A DNA stretch of 64,000 nt from Eledone cirrhosa. Lineage: Eukaryota. The notes beneath the pieces were generated by a model, which saw only the letters and a program-made list of their open reading frames with translations, had not been told where the DNA came from and did no database searches. Made by a program: the position numbers and the translations under genes. Location: assembly GCA_964016885.1 (NCBI GenBank), contig OZ024743.1, forward strand, positions 288,424,001 to 288,488,000, in the 5' to 3' direction. Positions 1 to 14,210 of the stretch are shown piece after piece; within the stretch, counting starts at the first letter, position 1, and each line of letters begins with the position of its first letter.

Positions 1-133
<133 letters not shown>

Positions 134-377
134 TATATAGGTGGGGGGGGGGGGGTAAATGAGTGCTAGATAGTGATTGATTAATAGATAGAGGTATTTT
201 GACAATCAGCATTGCCTTAGCGCCTTCATATATTCAACTATGGCCCATCAAGCACCTGGAAGTTATTGATAATTCAAAAATTGAACGCGATAAGTAAATA
301 CACACACACACACATATATATATATATACATATACAAATATATATATATATATATATATACATACATACATATATGT

Positions 378-458
<81 letters not shown>

Positions 459-506
459 TATATATATGCATATATATAAATATATATACATATTTATATA
501 TACACG

Positions 507-540
<34 letters not shown>

Positions 541-1100
541 ATATACGAATTTTATTTACAAATCTATAAATTTTCAGTGTATATTTTTTAGATTGTTGCT
601 TTCAATTTATTGATGTTTATCTGGGTTTCAATAAATTATATTTCACACGTTTCTTAGATATATTTCCTCTCCCGGGCATTGTCGGTCAAATCTCGTTTCA
701 GCAGGATTAAAAATATTTGCATCAGATACGCGAGAACTGTAATAGTTTTATTTTATTGGTATTATTATTTGAAAGGCAGTAAATATTTTATAATCTTCAT
801 TAAAGTTTATTTTGAATTCTCGCTCAAAAACAGAATATATACGAAATAAAAATAAAGATACAAATATATAGAGAGAAACAGAATGTTAAAACGAATGAGG
901 AAGTACATAAGAGACAGTAAGAGAAAGTAAAGGAAGGAAGTATTTAATTTTATCTAAATAATTCTGTCTATTTATAATAAATAGTATATTTTATTATTTT
1001 AATGGAATGTATATAGGAAAATATATGAATGTTCATCTTCATTATATATGTATATAATTGTATATAAAGACATCTAGGTAAATATATGTCAGTATAATTC

Positions 1101-1140
<40 letters not shown>

Positions 1141-1177
1141 TTATATATATACATATATATATATATACATATATATA

Positions 1178-1246
<69 letters not shown>

Positions 1247-1869
1247 AAAAAGGGATGAAATCGAAAATGCAACTGAAGTCTTATTTTTTTTAAAATATAT
1301 ATATTTATTTGGTTGCTTTACCGGTTTCGCAGTTCTTCTGCTTTTCAAAAGGTGAGTTGAGATGGAGGGTCTGTGGTTTTTCTCACATCTGGTTGGTCTC
1401 TAAATGTTACTTGTTTTATATGGAAAAACTGGCTCGAAAACCAGGTTTTTCGAGAAGTAATTTGATTGGTTTGTCAATAATTATAATAAATTTCGCGCCA
1501 GTTCGCGTTACAATAGTTCTTCAAATAAGAGAGGGGGGGGGGGGGGGGTTGTCACAGGTTGTTTTTTCATATATGAGTGTTTGAATTTCTTTTTACTTGA
1601 AAAAATGAGGCTCACGAAGGCTTTTTTTTGGTTGGTTATAAATGAAATTTGGCTGTCACGTGAACACGTTTTCATTACATTTTTGCGCCCTTATTTGGAA
1701 AACTATTCTGTAGTCTATAGTGAATGTTATGACAATGGAGAGATAGTGGTCAAGGGAAAAGGGATTGGGAGAAATGTTCTGGTTCAGTGAATATGGCCAG
1801 CTGTCAGAGTTCAGGTGTCAGAGTTCAGATTTTCTATTGAGACTGAAGATATGTGTTTATTTGTGTGCT

Positions 1870-1917
<48 letters not shown>

Positions 1918-2237
1918 TATTGGAAGATGATTCTATTAGTAGAGATGGGGGAGGGAGTTGTGTGTGTGTGTATATGGGTGTTATGTGTGTGTGTGCGAGT
2001 ATGTTAGATAGAGAGAATATATATTTTTTGTGTGTGTGTATATATATATGTGTGTAGGAAAGTGGTTCTATTAGTAGAAATGGGGAGGGTGTTGTAGGTG
2101 TGGGGGTTTTTATGTGTGTGTATGGGTGTTATGTGTGTGGGAGTATGGTTAGCATGTTAAGATGAAGAGAATATATATATATATATATATATTGTGTGTG
2201 TGTATGTGTGTGTGTAGGAAAATGATTCCTTTAGTAG

Positions 2238-2345
2238 GAATATTTTTGAATGAACATATTTTCCTGACTTTTTCGTGTTTGCTGTTGTATTGCCAGTGCA
2301 AACGTATGTTTAAGGTTTATTTAGTTCGGGTTTTTATTTTCTAAA
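2238..2345 (-). mobile_element. Second, diverged fragment(s) of the Penelope GIY-YIG C-terminus
   Basis: 2240-2306 is an imperfect direct repeat of 2424-2491 and encodes ..NTT..ENMFIQKY. A KPELNKP-like end is also present at about 2310-2340. Confidence 0.6.
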
Positions 2346-2399
2346 GTAGGTGTTATGTGTGTGTGTGTATGTCATATTGTGGTGTTGACATAATGTATA

Positions 2400-3345
2400 T
2401 TAAACCTTATTTAATGTTGGTCTATATTTTTGAATAAACATATTTTCCTTATTTATTCGCATTTGTTCTGTTGTATTGTTAGCGCAAAGGTAAAATGGGA
2501 AGACTTGGAATTTGGGTGTCTTATTACTTGCGCAAATGTCTAGATGTGCATTAGTGGTATTTGTCGCGTGGTTGGATCTCGTAATTGTTGGCGATGAACT
2601 CTCATTCTGTTTCTGAGTGTGAGTTTAGTTTGTCCTATATAATCTTCATTGCATCCTTTACATTTAATGGCATAAATTAGATTTTTTGATGAGCAAGTGA
2701 AGTGATTTTTTACAGTAAAATTTTGTCCTGATTTAAATGTATACGTGTTGCCTTCAATGAGGTGAGTGCAGGTTCCACAATTAGAGCGACCACATTTTTT
2801 GATACTTGGTTGTGGGTTTGTGGTAGGTAATTTGGCATTGGTGAGTAATGTTTTCAGTGATTTTGGTTGTCTTTTGCTTTTGATTATTTTGTGTGTTTCA
2901 AGGGCTTTTTTCATTCTTGGGTTTTGTTTTAGTAGTGGGATGTTATTGTGAATAGTGTTGTAAGCTTCCGCATTTCTTGGGTTGTGTGTTGAGATATATG
3001 ATAGAATATTGGACGTACCTTGAATTTGTTTCTGTTTCCGTAATTCATCAATGCCTATTGCTTTAGCCCTTTCTATTCCATTATTTATTAGTAATAGTGG
3101 GTACTCTCTCTCAAGTAGAATTTCCTTTAATTCTTGAAGTCTTTTATTTCGCGTTTCATAATTGGAGACAATTGTGCAAATTCTTCTTGCTAGGTTAAAA
3201 GGAATGTTCGTCTTCGTGTGCTTTGGATGGTTGGAGGTGAATAGCAGATATTGTTTGGAATCTGTTGGTTTGTAGTGTATGTCAGTTTCGATATTTGTGT
3301 CTTTTTTTGTGATTAAGATGTCCAGAAATGGGAGTTGATCTTGGA

Positions 3346-3349
<4 letters not shown>
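2400..3349 (-). pseudogene. Penelope-like element (Neptune/Naiad type) ORF remnant: RT C-terminus/thumb, Cys linker and GIY-YIG endonuclease
   Basis: Translation reads LPFLDILI..TDIHYKPTDSKQYL..HPKHTK..LARRIC..R.YP (PLE RT thumb), then KKCGRSNCGTC linker, then NLIYAIKCKGCNEDYIGQT..R...H (GIY-YIG). After a frameshift near 2550 it continues AHLDICASNKTPKFQVFPFY...KENMFIQKYRPTLNKV* to 2400. The 5' end is truncated against (TA)n. Confidence 0.93.
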
Positions 3350-3416
<67 letters not shown>

Positions 3417-3434
3417 TATATGTATATATATATA

Positions 3435-3695
3435 ACGAAGGAAATGTGGCAAGGAACCAGATGGACCATAACGCACCAAAGTACTCAATACTTAAGCTAG
3501 TAGAGTGGGTAATAGGAACAAGTAGGACCCCGAGGGCTGAGCTCAAGTCGTTTCGACGGCTAATTCTGGAATAAATGAACATTTTTATCCGCATAAAGGA
3601 TAACAAATTTTATCCGCATGAGGATAAAAATTTTCATTTATTCCAGAATTAGCCGTCGCAACGGCTTGAGCTCAGCCGTCGGGATCCTACTTGTT

Positions 3696-3697
<2 letters not shown>
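3435..3697. mobile_element. Family A short element in (TA)n with fold-back inverted arms (3515-3594 / 3618-3697)
   Basis: Starts acgaaggaaatgtgg directly after (TA)n. Near-identical copies at 50397, 60940(-) and 63659. The ~80 bp inverted repeat is directly visible. Confidence 0.85.
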
Positions 3698-3785
<88 letters not shown>

Positions 3786-3794
3786 GAGAGAGAG

Positions 3795-3900
3795 AGGTAG
3801 AACACTGGAAGGTAATATCCGTAGTGGTAGGGCACTCAGTGCATGGGACGAGTTAGGTAGGAGTGGTAACACAACAGTTAGTTCACCAAACCGAGAACAA
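3795..3900. repeat. Family B microsatellite-embedded island
   Basis: gtaacacaacagttagttcaccaaaccgagaa matches, in reverse complement, ttctcggtatggtgaactaattgttgttac at about 61984-62013. Confidence 0.55.
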
Positions 3901-4019
3901 TATATATATATATACACACACATGTATGTGAGTGTGAGTAATGAAGGTGTTATTGACTTATAGGTTTACAAATATCAACAAACATTTACTGATGGTAGAG
4001 TTAAATGTATTATACGTCT

Positions 4020-4330
4020 TCGATGGATGTGTGTAGCTATGTGTGCATGGTAACAGGGAAATACTTGGCTTCGTACCCGAGCACGTAGTTAGCCAACTGA
4101 GAGAAACCTCTGTTCCTTGTTAGAACATCACTTTGGGAGAGGGAACATTCTGAAGTAAAACCTGCGATGGTAGCCAATCTTGTTCTTCTGTTAAGAGACC
4201 TGCCTCGCTGTTGAATGTTGACCAGTAAAAGGATTTTCTTCGGTTAAAAGAGGTTCAAACATAGGCATCACTGGATCCAAATTATTTTGACGTGTATTGC
4301 ATGATCATGGTAGGCAGTAGCCGAAAAAAG
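4020..4330 (+). mobile_element. Possible LINE (RTE-like) 5' UTR remnant
   Basis: ggagagggaacattctgaagtaaaacc resembles a motif I associate with RTE 5' UTRs. Recalled, not verified. Confidence 0.3.
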
Positions 4331-4345
4331 CTATGTATACGTATG

Positions 4346-4418
<73 letters not shown>

Positions 4419-4469
4419 TCTTTTACTCTTTTACCTGTTTCAGCCATCCGGCTGAGGCCGGATATATAG

Positions 4470-4598
<129 letters not shown>

Positions 4599-5419
4599 TT
4601 ACTTAAAAGGTTATTTGTCTCTAATATATATAATCACCATTGATATCGGCACCAAAACAAAGACTAACAATTAACATCACAATCAAAATCATAAGCTACA
4701 CCAGTGATAACAACAGCAACAACTTTTACGATCCAACGAGAGTTTTGTTTAAATGATAACCCGACATGTTAAAAATAGCAGTCAAAACGCCCTCATTACT
4801 GCGATCCTGGTTTCTCCACAAATAAAATAAAAATGGATGGGGGACATCTTGGCACAAGGTCAGCAAATTTGTATGGAGGTGAAAGTCGATTAAATCAAAA
4901 TGAGTATTCGACAGGTATTTTATTTATCTATCAACCGCGGAAGAATGAAAGCAATGTTGACTTTGGTAGGATTGAAACTCTGAATTTGATAACTAGATAA
5001 TAAAAAAAACAACAAAAAACGATGTGAAGGGAATATTATATAATATGTTCTCGATTTTCCCAACGGTTTAGGTACTAGAACAGGAGGTCATGGTCAGAGC
5101 GTCTTTGATAATATGTGTACTCAGTTAGGACAGAGCTGAGACTAAACAACAATATCAACATGAAAAAAAAAAAACTACTACGACGACACTAGTCTTATAG
5201 CCACACTATTACAAACCATTATCAACACGGTCTTCATCACCATCAACAATATCACTACCATCACCCCCATCCACCATCATTAAAAACCATGGCAACGATC
5301 AACACCGCCACAGCTGCGGCTATTCATTTTATCAAAATCAAATGACTATGATGATCTAGTGTTGAAAATGGAGATCGTGTTAGTTAGAGAGATTGATTGC
5401 AGTGTTAATATCAGAGAAA

Positions 5420-5560
5420 ATAGCGAAGGCTGGCAAAGGATAGCGAAGGCAGGCGAGGAGTGACGAAATCTAGCTAAGGAAGTCAACATCAAGCGAAGGA
5501 TAACGAAGGTGGGCGAATTATAACGAAAGCGGACGAAAGCTGGAGAAAGCTATGGAAGTA
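5420..5560. repeat. Degenerate ~10 bp tandem repeat (tagcgaaggc / taacgaaggt)
   Basis: About 13 consecutive 10-mers built on (g/a)cgaag. Confidence 0.7.
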
Positions 5561-6118
5561 AGAACTATGAAGATTTCATGATGAGATCTACTCTTTGCCT
5601 GCTTGTATATTGTCCAATAATAGGCTTACTGGCTGGCTGGCTCTGAGAATTAACTGGCTGGATAGCTGACGAGCTGGTTTGTTTGCGGTCTGACTGTGTG
5701 GTAATGACTCCCAAAACATCAATATCACATCATCTGTCCACCAGTTAGTCAGTCTGACTGTCAGTCAATCATCATTTTTCCTATTCCTATCGTTCCTCAT
5801 GTTATATAGCCTTCTATCTGCCTCAATCCCTTACCCATACATCCATTCAGCAAACCAGCGTAACAGTGAGACAGCCAGCCGAGTCAGACAGTCAACTATA
5901 ACAGCAGGCCGGACAGCCAACCATCCAGCCAGCCAGCCAGCCAGCCAGCCAGTCGGACAACCAGCCAGACATACAGACAGTCAACCAAGCAGCTATCCGC
6001 CGGGGCTTCAGTGCAAGGAATGAGTTCACACCTCTTTTCTGTTTGTGCAGCTGTGTCCCTCCTCATGACAAACTGCCCGTTCTGTCTCTCTGTTCCCTTC
6101 TGTGGTGTTTTGTCTCCG

Positions 6119-6209
<91 letters not shown>

Positions 6210-7078
6210 CTCTCTACCTAACTTGTTTCGTTTTCTGCCTTTTACTTTCACTTTCTTCTAGTGTCTCGCTGCTTTGGCTTTACGATTACCACCACCACCG
6301 CCACCACCACCAACAACAACAACAACAACAATGATAAACTACACCGATGCTCAAGTGTTATAACTGGCATATATCAACTCACAATACATACACTTACAAA
6401 CAAATCCACACATACACACACAGTCACACAAATAAGCACACACGCATACACTTCAACACTGATACACAGGTATTCAAACACACTCGTACATACATTAAAT
6501 AATTCCCCCAAATCCATACAGACATACATGCAAAAGATGGTGTCACAAGCTAGAGTAACATACTGCAGATTAGCGCCGATACTAAATATATGTTCAGAAT
6601 TCTAGTATTCAACAAATACTATTACAACACCACAATAAGAAGCCTCGCCACCAATAACAACAACAACGACACTAACCCTATAAGCAGACTATCAGAAACT
6701 AGCCCCACCAAAAATATCATAAGCAAACAATCCTAGAAGACCACCACACACACCAGCACCATCACTGTTGTTCCATTTCTGTCAAATATTAAATTGTATA
6801 TAACTTGACTTAAATGTATCATCGAAAAGTTGAGTATAGCATATTTTATACGTAGTTTTATAATATGATGTACGAAGTCCGAGTGTAACAATGTTAACTT
6901 AGCTTGATAGTATAATCTATGAAATTTGAATACATCTTTACTTAAACTTAGCTTGATAGTATAATCTCTAAAACAGGTGTGTAACTTAAGTTAAATCTTA
7001 TAGAAACTTATAGAAGAATATAGGTGAATATTCTTACATTTTAATATGATGAATTTCCATTTTGAAAACTATATACAG

Positions 7079-7134
<56 letters not shown>

Positions 7135-7137
<3 letters not shown>

Positions 7138-7222
7138 GTAATAATAATACATTTGAAGACTAAAATCCAAAGAGGGCTCGATAAGCAGCGATTCTTTGGT
7201 TAAACTTTAATCTGTTATGATA

Positions 7223-7269
<47 letters not shown>

Positions 7270-7318
7270 GTAATAATAAATACAAAGACCAAAATCTGAA
7301 GAGGACACGATAAGGATA

Positions 7319-7383
<65 letters not shown>

Positions 7384-7440
7384 GATATTTAAGAAAATCT
7401 CACTTAGGGTGAAAGCAGTAATTTATTACTTAAATCCATA
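7135..7440. mobile_element. Family C fragments (three islands separated by (TA)n)
   Basis: gaagactaaaatccaaagagggctcgataag, cagcgattcttt..aaactttaatctgtta and agggtgaaagcag all match the element at 42029-42233. Confidence 0.75.
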
Positions 7441-7458
7441 CTACTACTACTACTACTG

Positions 7459-7536
<78 letters not shown>

Positions 7537-8698
7537 ATACTACTACTACTACTACTATAGACCAAGGAATTGAGTCAAATCACTAAGTTGAGCACATCTT
7601 CATACCCCTTTCCCGAGCACTATTGCAGGTCTTAGATAAACAAAATAAAACCAGAAACAATTAAATATACCTCAACTTGACTTCTCCGGAATACTCTTTA
7701 ATATAATTCAAATGTGACTTTGCTATTTAGGTGTTAAAAAACATGGTGGCTACCATATTTGTTGTAATAAGTATAAATTAATCTGATAACCTTAATAGAG
7801 AGAACAATTATTTTCTATATTAATAGTTCTGAGAAAAATAAAAATAACATAACAGCTAAATATCAAATGAATATAATTGTAGAATACGGTTGGGAATAAA
7901 ATGAATCTGATGCCTTTGATGATGATGGTGATGATGGTGATGATGGTGATGATGGTGATGATGGTGATGATGATGACGACGATGATGACGATGATGATGA
8001 CGGTGATGATAGTGATAGTGATGATGATGATGTTGATGATGATGATGATGACGATGATGATGACGATGATGATAATGATGATGATGATGATGATGACAGT
8101 TATGGCAGCAACACTCACAATAATGAAGATGGTGATGATGTAGATGGCGGTGCTAAGGGTGCTGATAATGGACGAATAAATGAACAGAGCGAGACATCCC
8201 AGATTGGTTTTGTGGGATAACATGCGGTAATAGTAGGGAGAGGGGACGGAAGCCTGCACGAAAGAAAGGGTGAAGAAGGGAACCCTTACCCCTAAAAACA
8301 TAAACAACAAAAAACAAAAGACAAAACCAAATGGAAACATGTTTTAAAAAATTATAAGTAAAACATGACAAAAAGAAGAAAATTGTTGGGGTGGAAATTT
8401 TGGTGTTGATGGAGAAAAAAAGAAAAATTGAAAGAGGAAAAAGGAATAAAATGATTAAATCTTAGTATTTATTCCATTATTTTGGTTTTGTCTTGTGTAT
8501 TTTTATTTATTTTTCTTATTTCATCAAAGTCTTAAGTTGAAAGCAGATGTGATTTTAGTTATCATTCAACAGCTAAAACACCCACCGGTTATTACTATTA
8601 TTACTATGGTTGTTGTTGTTGTTGTAGTAGTTATTGTTATTATCATTATTATCTTTATTACTAATACTACTAATACAACCACCACCACCACCACCACC

Positions 8699-8786
<88 letters not shown>

Positions 8787-8885
8787 AAGGTTAATATTGT
8801 TGATATTCTCTTTTTTGATGCTCTGATTTTAATTAGAGCTGTTACTGTTGCATCTGCTGTTGTCGTCATTGTCCCTATAGTACTG

Positions 8886-8949
<64 letters not shown>

Positions 8950-9104
8950 CTGTTGTTGTGGTTGTTGTTGTCATTGTTATTATCATTATCTTATCATCTC
9001 AAATAAAAATACATTTTCCCAGCATTTACTTTAGCTGGTGATGATTTATACTTAATGGGTCTTGCCTTATCAACCTAGAACGCGTTTGGGTGTTTATGTT
9101 AGTG

Positions 9105-9197
<93 letters not shown>

Positions 9198-9404
9198 CAT
9201 ATATATATATGTATAGTGAAACACCCATATATACATACGCACATATAAATATACATATACATACACACACATATATATATACATATATGCATACACACAC
9301 ACATACATACATACATACATGCAATCATACATACAAACAAACAACAGATAAATGTGCATATATGTATATACATGACTGTATTTTAATTTTTGAGGTATAC
9401 ATGT

Positions 9405-9850
9405 TCACACACACACATACACTTACATATACACACACAGCCACCCATACACACATACACACACACATACACTTACATACACACACCCATACACACACAC
9501 ACACACACAGCCACCCATACACATACACACACAGAGATACACTTACATACACACACACAGCCACCCATACACACACACACACAGCAACCCATACACACAT
9601 ACACACACACATACACTTACATACACACACACAGCCACCCATACACACACACACACACAGCCACCCATACACATACACACACAGAGATACACTTACATAC
9701 ACACACACAGCCACCCATACACACACACACACAGCAACCCATACACACACACACACACTTATATACACACACAGCCACCCATACACACACACACATACAC
9801 TTACATTAACACACACAGCCACCCATTCATACACACACACACACAACCAC
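9405..9850. repeat. Compound CA-rich minisatellite (cagccacccatacac / gatacacttacatac modules)
   Basis: Modules recur several times with higher-order periodicity. Confidence 0.85.
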
Positions 9851-9851
9851 C

Positions 9852-9924
<73 letters not shown>

Positions 9925-10600
9925 GTATATACACCCATATATAAAATGATATAGTCTAGTGGAAGTAGCCGAGATTCATGTCAATGTAATGTAGAAATAT
10001 TACTTAACACTCCAGAGATTTGCACAGATTGAGCTCCATCAAACATCTGACACACATCCAGCTATTGTAAAAATAATAAAACTACAATATCGCAAGATGA
10101 GGAGGATGATCGGCGGTTGGGTTGAAATGAAGGTATTAATGATGATGATGATGATGGGTAGGGTTATGATGATGTTGATGATGATGATGATGTTGATGAT
10201 GACGATGATGATGATGGGTATGATGATGAAGGGGAGGGGTGTGAAGACGATGATAAAAAAAGAAGTAATGATGTCGATGAAGAAGAAGAAGAAGAAGGAG
10301 GAGGAGGAGGAGGAGAGGAGGGGGGAAGAAGAAGAAGAAGAAGAAGAAGAAGAAGAAGAAGAAGAAGAAGAAATAGAAGAAGAAGGCGTTGGTGAAGGAG
10401 CTGTAGGGGTAAATCTAGACCTCTCTTGAGGAAAGACGGGAAATTAGATGAGCGACTGTTTTGAGAGATATAACAGCAAACTAACGTGTAGAGCCATTAG
10501 TATATCCAGCCCCCTATCTTAACTATATCTTGATAGACTTACTTATGGGGGTAGTCAGCCATCCACCCATACATTCATCCTTCCATAGATGTTATTATCA

Positions 10601-10746
10601 TTGGCAGTATCGGTAGAGGGTCGGACGCCATGCTTTGTCGCCGAGGTTAACTTTGCCTTTCATCCTTACGGAGTCTATAAAATAAAGTACCAGTAATACA
10701 CTGAATAATTGCTGGCCTTGTGCCAAACGTAGAAACAATTATTATC
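10601..10746 (+). mobile_element. tRNA-derived SINE family 1, internally deleted
   Basis: A-box-like tggcagtatcgg, central ttgcctttcatccttacgg..ataaaataaagtaccag, tail tagaaacaattatta. Confidence 0.85.
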
Positions 10747-10841
10747 TTTACTACTACTACCACTACTACTACTACTAGTAGTAGTAGTAGTACTACTAGC
10801 ACCACCACCACTACTACTACTACTAGCACCACCACCACCAT

Positions 10842-10919
<78 letters not shown>

Positions 10920-10996
10920 ATATATCGTTTTATTACTATTGTTGATGGAGGTGGTTGTTATGATATAAATGTTTTAGTAAGAGAAGTTGCTATACT

Positions 10997-11039
<43 letters not shown>

Positions 11040-11132
11040 GACGTAAACAGTAAACACAAATAACAAAGCAAACGACACAGTACAATGAAGAACTATATTA
11101 GTTTAACGCCTGAAATAACAGGAAAGGAGTTT

Positions 11133-11162
11133 TAACGTTTCGGAGACTAGTCCTTCCTCAAA
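11133..11162 (-). ncRNA. Hammerhead core, family D
   Basis: TTGAGGA-AGGACTAGTCTCC-GAAACGTTA. Confidence 0.5.
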
Positions 11163-11257
11163 AGATATGAAAACAATCGATGAAATAGAAAAAAATATAC
11201 ACACGGGCATATTTAGTCATCCATTTTAAATATAATTACACAGACACACACACACAT

Positions 11258-11313
<56 letters not shown>

Positions 11314-11346
11314 AGTATGTTTTTGAAACAGTGAGCAAGTTTGAAA

Positions 11347-11441
11347 TTAGAAAATAGAAGCTTTCAACGTATTTTGACTAAAGAAATTTTAGCTGACAGT
11401 GGCTAAAATTTCTTTATACGGTGAAATACGGTGAAAGCTTC

Positions 11442-11451
<10 letters not shown>
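11347..11451. repeat. ~105 bp nested palindrome in a (TA)n-flanked island
   Basis: ttagaaaatagaagctttca.cgtattt..taaagaaattttagc / gctaaaatttcttta..aaatacg.tgaaagcttctattttctaa. Confidence 0.85.
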
Positions 11452-11483
<32 letters not shown>

Positions 11484-11938
11484 ATAAAATCGCAATTCAA
11501 TAAGAATTTTCTTGCACACATTATTCAATACATCAACACCTATCTGAATTATCTGTATTATCAGTGTTCCTTGCTTGACCTATTTAGGTATTTTCGTTCG
11601 GCTCACTTTTTTTTTATAATTCTGAAAATTACTGCAGCACAAAACTGCAAAAGGTTTGTTCAATTATCGAGCAGATTCGAGAGGCAATATTTTGCTGTTG
11701 ACGCCTAATGTGTCTGAAACATATCTTTTTTTTCATCTTGCCTGCAAACAAGCAACAGATCTTTTTCTTGTGGCATAACATTTTAATTTACAATAAAGGT
11801 TAATTAGTGATTCCTTTTCAAATGCTTCTTTGCTTCTTTTCAGGTTTATGAATCTTTCTCTTATTACTATGATATATAAAAAGCTCTGAGTCTGTCCCTT
11901 GAGCTTATTTGATCTTAGGTTTTTAACTCGACCTTTTG

Positions 11939-11984
<46 letters not shown>

Positions 11985-12002
11985 AAGAATGCTCTATGTA
12001 AT

Positions 12003-12051
12003 CTGACGACTGAAGACAGACACAACATCTGCCTTCAAGAAACCACTGGTA
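12003..12051 (+). ncRNA. Hammerhead core with long stem II
   Basis: CTGACGA-cTGAAGACAGA-cacaaca-TCTGCCTTCAa-GAA-ACCA-c-TGGT-A (GUA site). Stem I is poor. Confidence 0.6.
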
Positions 12052-12083
12052 AATGAAATAATTATCTTATGTTGTTTATTACA

Positions 12084-12143
<60 letters not shown>

Positions 12144-12544
12144 CATACATGTGAAGGCCCCATTAGATAATGTAATCCTATATATGCTACGTCTCATAAA
12201 ATGTACCATTGGGCATGGCTGACTGGAATGTCTTCTATCAATCGTTTACTCAATCATGAGTGAAGGACGAGAATAGTAACATCTTAATACTCTGATCTAA
12301 ATACGAACAGTAGTGTATTAATAGCCATCAAAACCACGTCATAAACGAAGCACACATTACTAACGTTTTAAACTAACCTCAGAGACACCATCACCACTAT
12401 TAGAACATGAATATCATCAACAACTGCAGCCCTGTCTTTGTATTATAAATGCCACTAATACCTCCATCTTTAGCATCGTAATCACACACAAACAACAATT
12501 ACATTGTCAAAATGACAGTAATGTCACCAGAAAAAAAGTAGGGT

Positions 12545-12730
12545 AACGTCATTAATAGTAAATATCTTGTCATAAGATTGATGGCGTCATAAATAGCAAA
12601 AAAAGCATTGTCATAAGAATGCCGACACTATAAATGGCAAAAACATTGTCATAAGAATGAGGACATCATAAATATCAAAAACATTGTAATAAGACTGATG
12701 GCGTCATATATAGCAAATCCATTGTCATAA
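12545..12730. repeat. ~38 bp minisatellite, 4-5 copies
   Basis: Unit approximately cattgtcataagaatgatggcgtcataaatagcaaaaa. Confidence 0.85.
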
Positions 12731-13150
12731 TCAGATGTAGAATAGAAGAGTGATGAAGTTTATCACTTTCAGAAATATTAGTTTATTACTATCATATATC
12801 GAAAAGAATCGTTAGAACATTGGAAACAATAAATCACGATATTTTGCCAGCTCTACACTCCGCATTCAAATTTTGCAGAGATCTGATTTGCCTTTTATTC
12901 TTTCAAAGTCATTAATGAAAGCATCAGCCTAGTGTCGGTATAGCCGCTCTTTTACTTGTAGCTGTTATATTCGAGATGTACCGCAGGGTCAAACATGAGA
13001 AAGGGTCTGCTCGTAATTGCATGGACACACAAAACCATTAGTGAAGTTATGATACTAGTCAAGTACTGGGGTCAATTTAATCGACTTTTCCCTCCCTCAA
13101 TTTACTGACCTTCAGCCTAAATTAGAAATAATTATTAATACAACGCCAAA

Positions 13151-13673
13151 GGGCGGTGAATTGGCAGTATCGGTAGAGGGTTGGACGCCATGCTTTCTAG
13201 CATGGTTACGTCCCTTTACAGTCTGAGTTCAAATCCCGCCAAGGTTTACTTTGCCTTTCATCCTTACGGGGTCGATAAAATAAAGTACCAGTAATGTACT
13301 GTTTAATTGCTGGCCTTGTGCCTAACGTAGAAACAATTATTAATACAACGCCATGCTATGCAGCAAAGAGTTACGGCCCTTGCCATTCTGCGTTCAAATC
13401 CCGCCGAGGTTAACTTTGCCTTTCATCCTTACGGGGTCGATAAAATAAAGTACCAGTAATGTACTGTTTAATTGCTGGCCTTGTGCCTAAAGTAGAAACA
13501 ATTATTAATACAACGCCATGCTATGCAGCAAAGAGTTACGGCCCTTGCCATTCTGCGTTCAAATCCCGCCGAGGTTAACTTTGCCTTTCATCCTTACGGG
13601 GTCGATAAAATAAAGTACCAGTAATACACTGGAATAATTGCTGGCCTTGTGCCAAAAGTAGAAACAATTATTA
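13151..13673 (+). mobile_element. SINE family 1: one full-length copy plus two 5'-truncated tandem copies
   Basis: A box TGGCAGTATCGG, B box GAGTTCAAATCC, and central GCCTTTCATCCTTACGGGGTCGATAAAAT, which resembles the Meta/RUDI domain from memory. (ATT) tail. Period 165 bp. Confidence 0.9.
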
Positions 13674-14119
13674 ATACAATCGTAACAAAGATTCTGATCA
13701 TTATCATAAATACCAGATATCACAAGCCTGCAAGGATCCTTTACGAGGAACCTTCAACTGCTAGAAATAGCAGGTGTATCTTCACCAAATCATAGCTTAC
13801 GGCCATGTAAATGCTGCACTACACTATTGACTATATTTATAGAATTTAATTAGCATTGTATCGATATACAAATATCTTCGTAGACAGAGAAAAAAGGGAT
13901 CGGTTGAAATAATTTGGAGCCTCTATTCGGCGACCGAATACTCTCTTTAATTTTCCACGGAGATACTATTTATAAACGCATTTATAAAATAATAATAAAA
14001 AATAATAATGTATATACGTGTGTGTGAGCGTGTGTGTGTCTTTATACCAACACACACAAACACAACCACATACACACACACACATATATATATAAATATG
14101 TGCGCGCGCGTGTGTGTGA

Positions 14120-14210
<91 letters not shown>

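Noticed and set aside
2400-3349. Selenocysteine recoding, as reported for some Naiad PLEs
   Set aside because: No in-frame UGA in the preserved part. The apparent stop at 2540 is a TAG caused by a frameshift.
3350-3469. N-terminal extension of the 309 aa Penelope ORF
   Set aside because: It is read-through of (TA)n and family A sequence, not part of the RT.
8150-8340. Minus-strand pyrimidine tract plus AG as a possible exon
   Set aside because: The frame runs into (ATC)n with no recognisable protein or convincing donor.
11490-11940. Possible degraded LINE RT on the minus strand
   Set aside because: Only faint motif resemblance (KAQGTD), too decayed to call.
13151-13245. tRNA gene
   Set aside because: The A/B boxes belong to multi-copy SINE heads, and no cloverleaf is evident. 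The same applies at 25173 and 43209.
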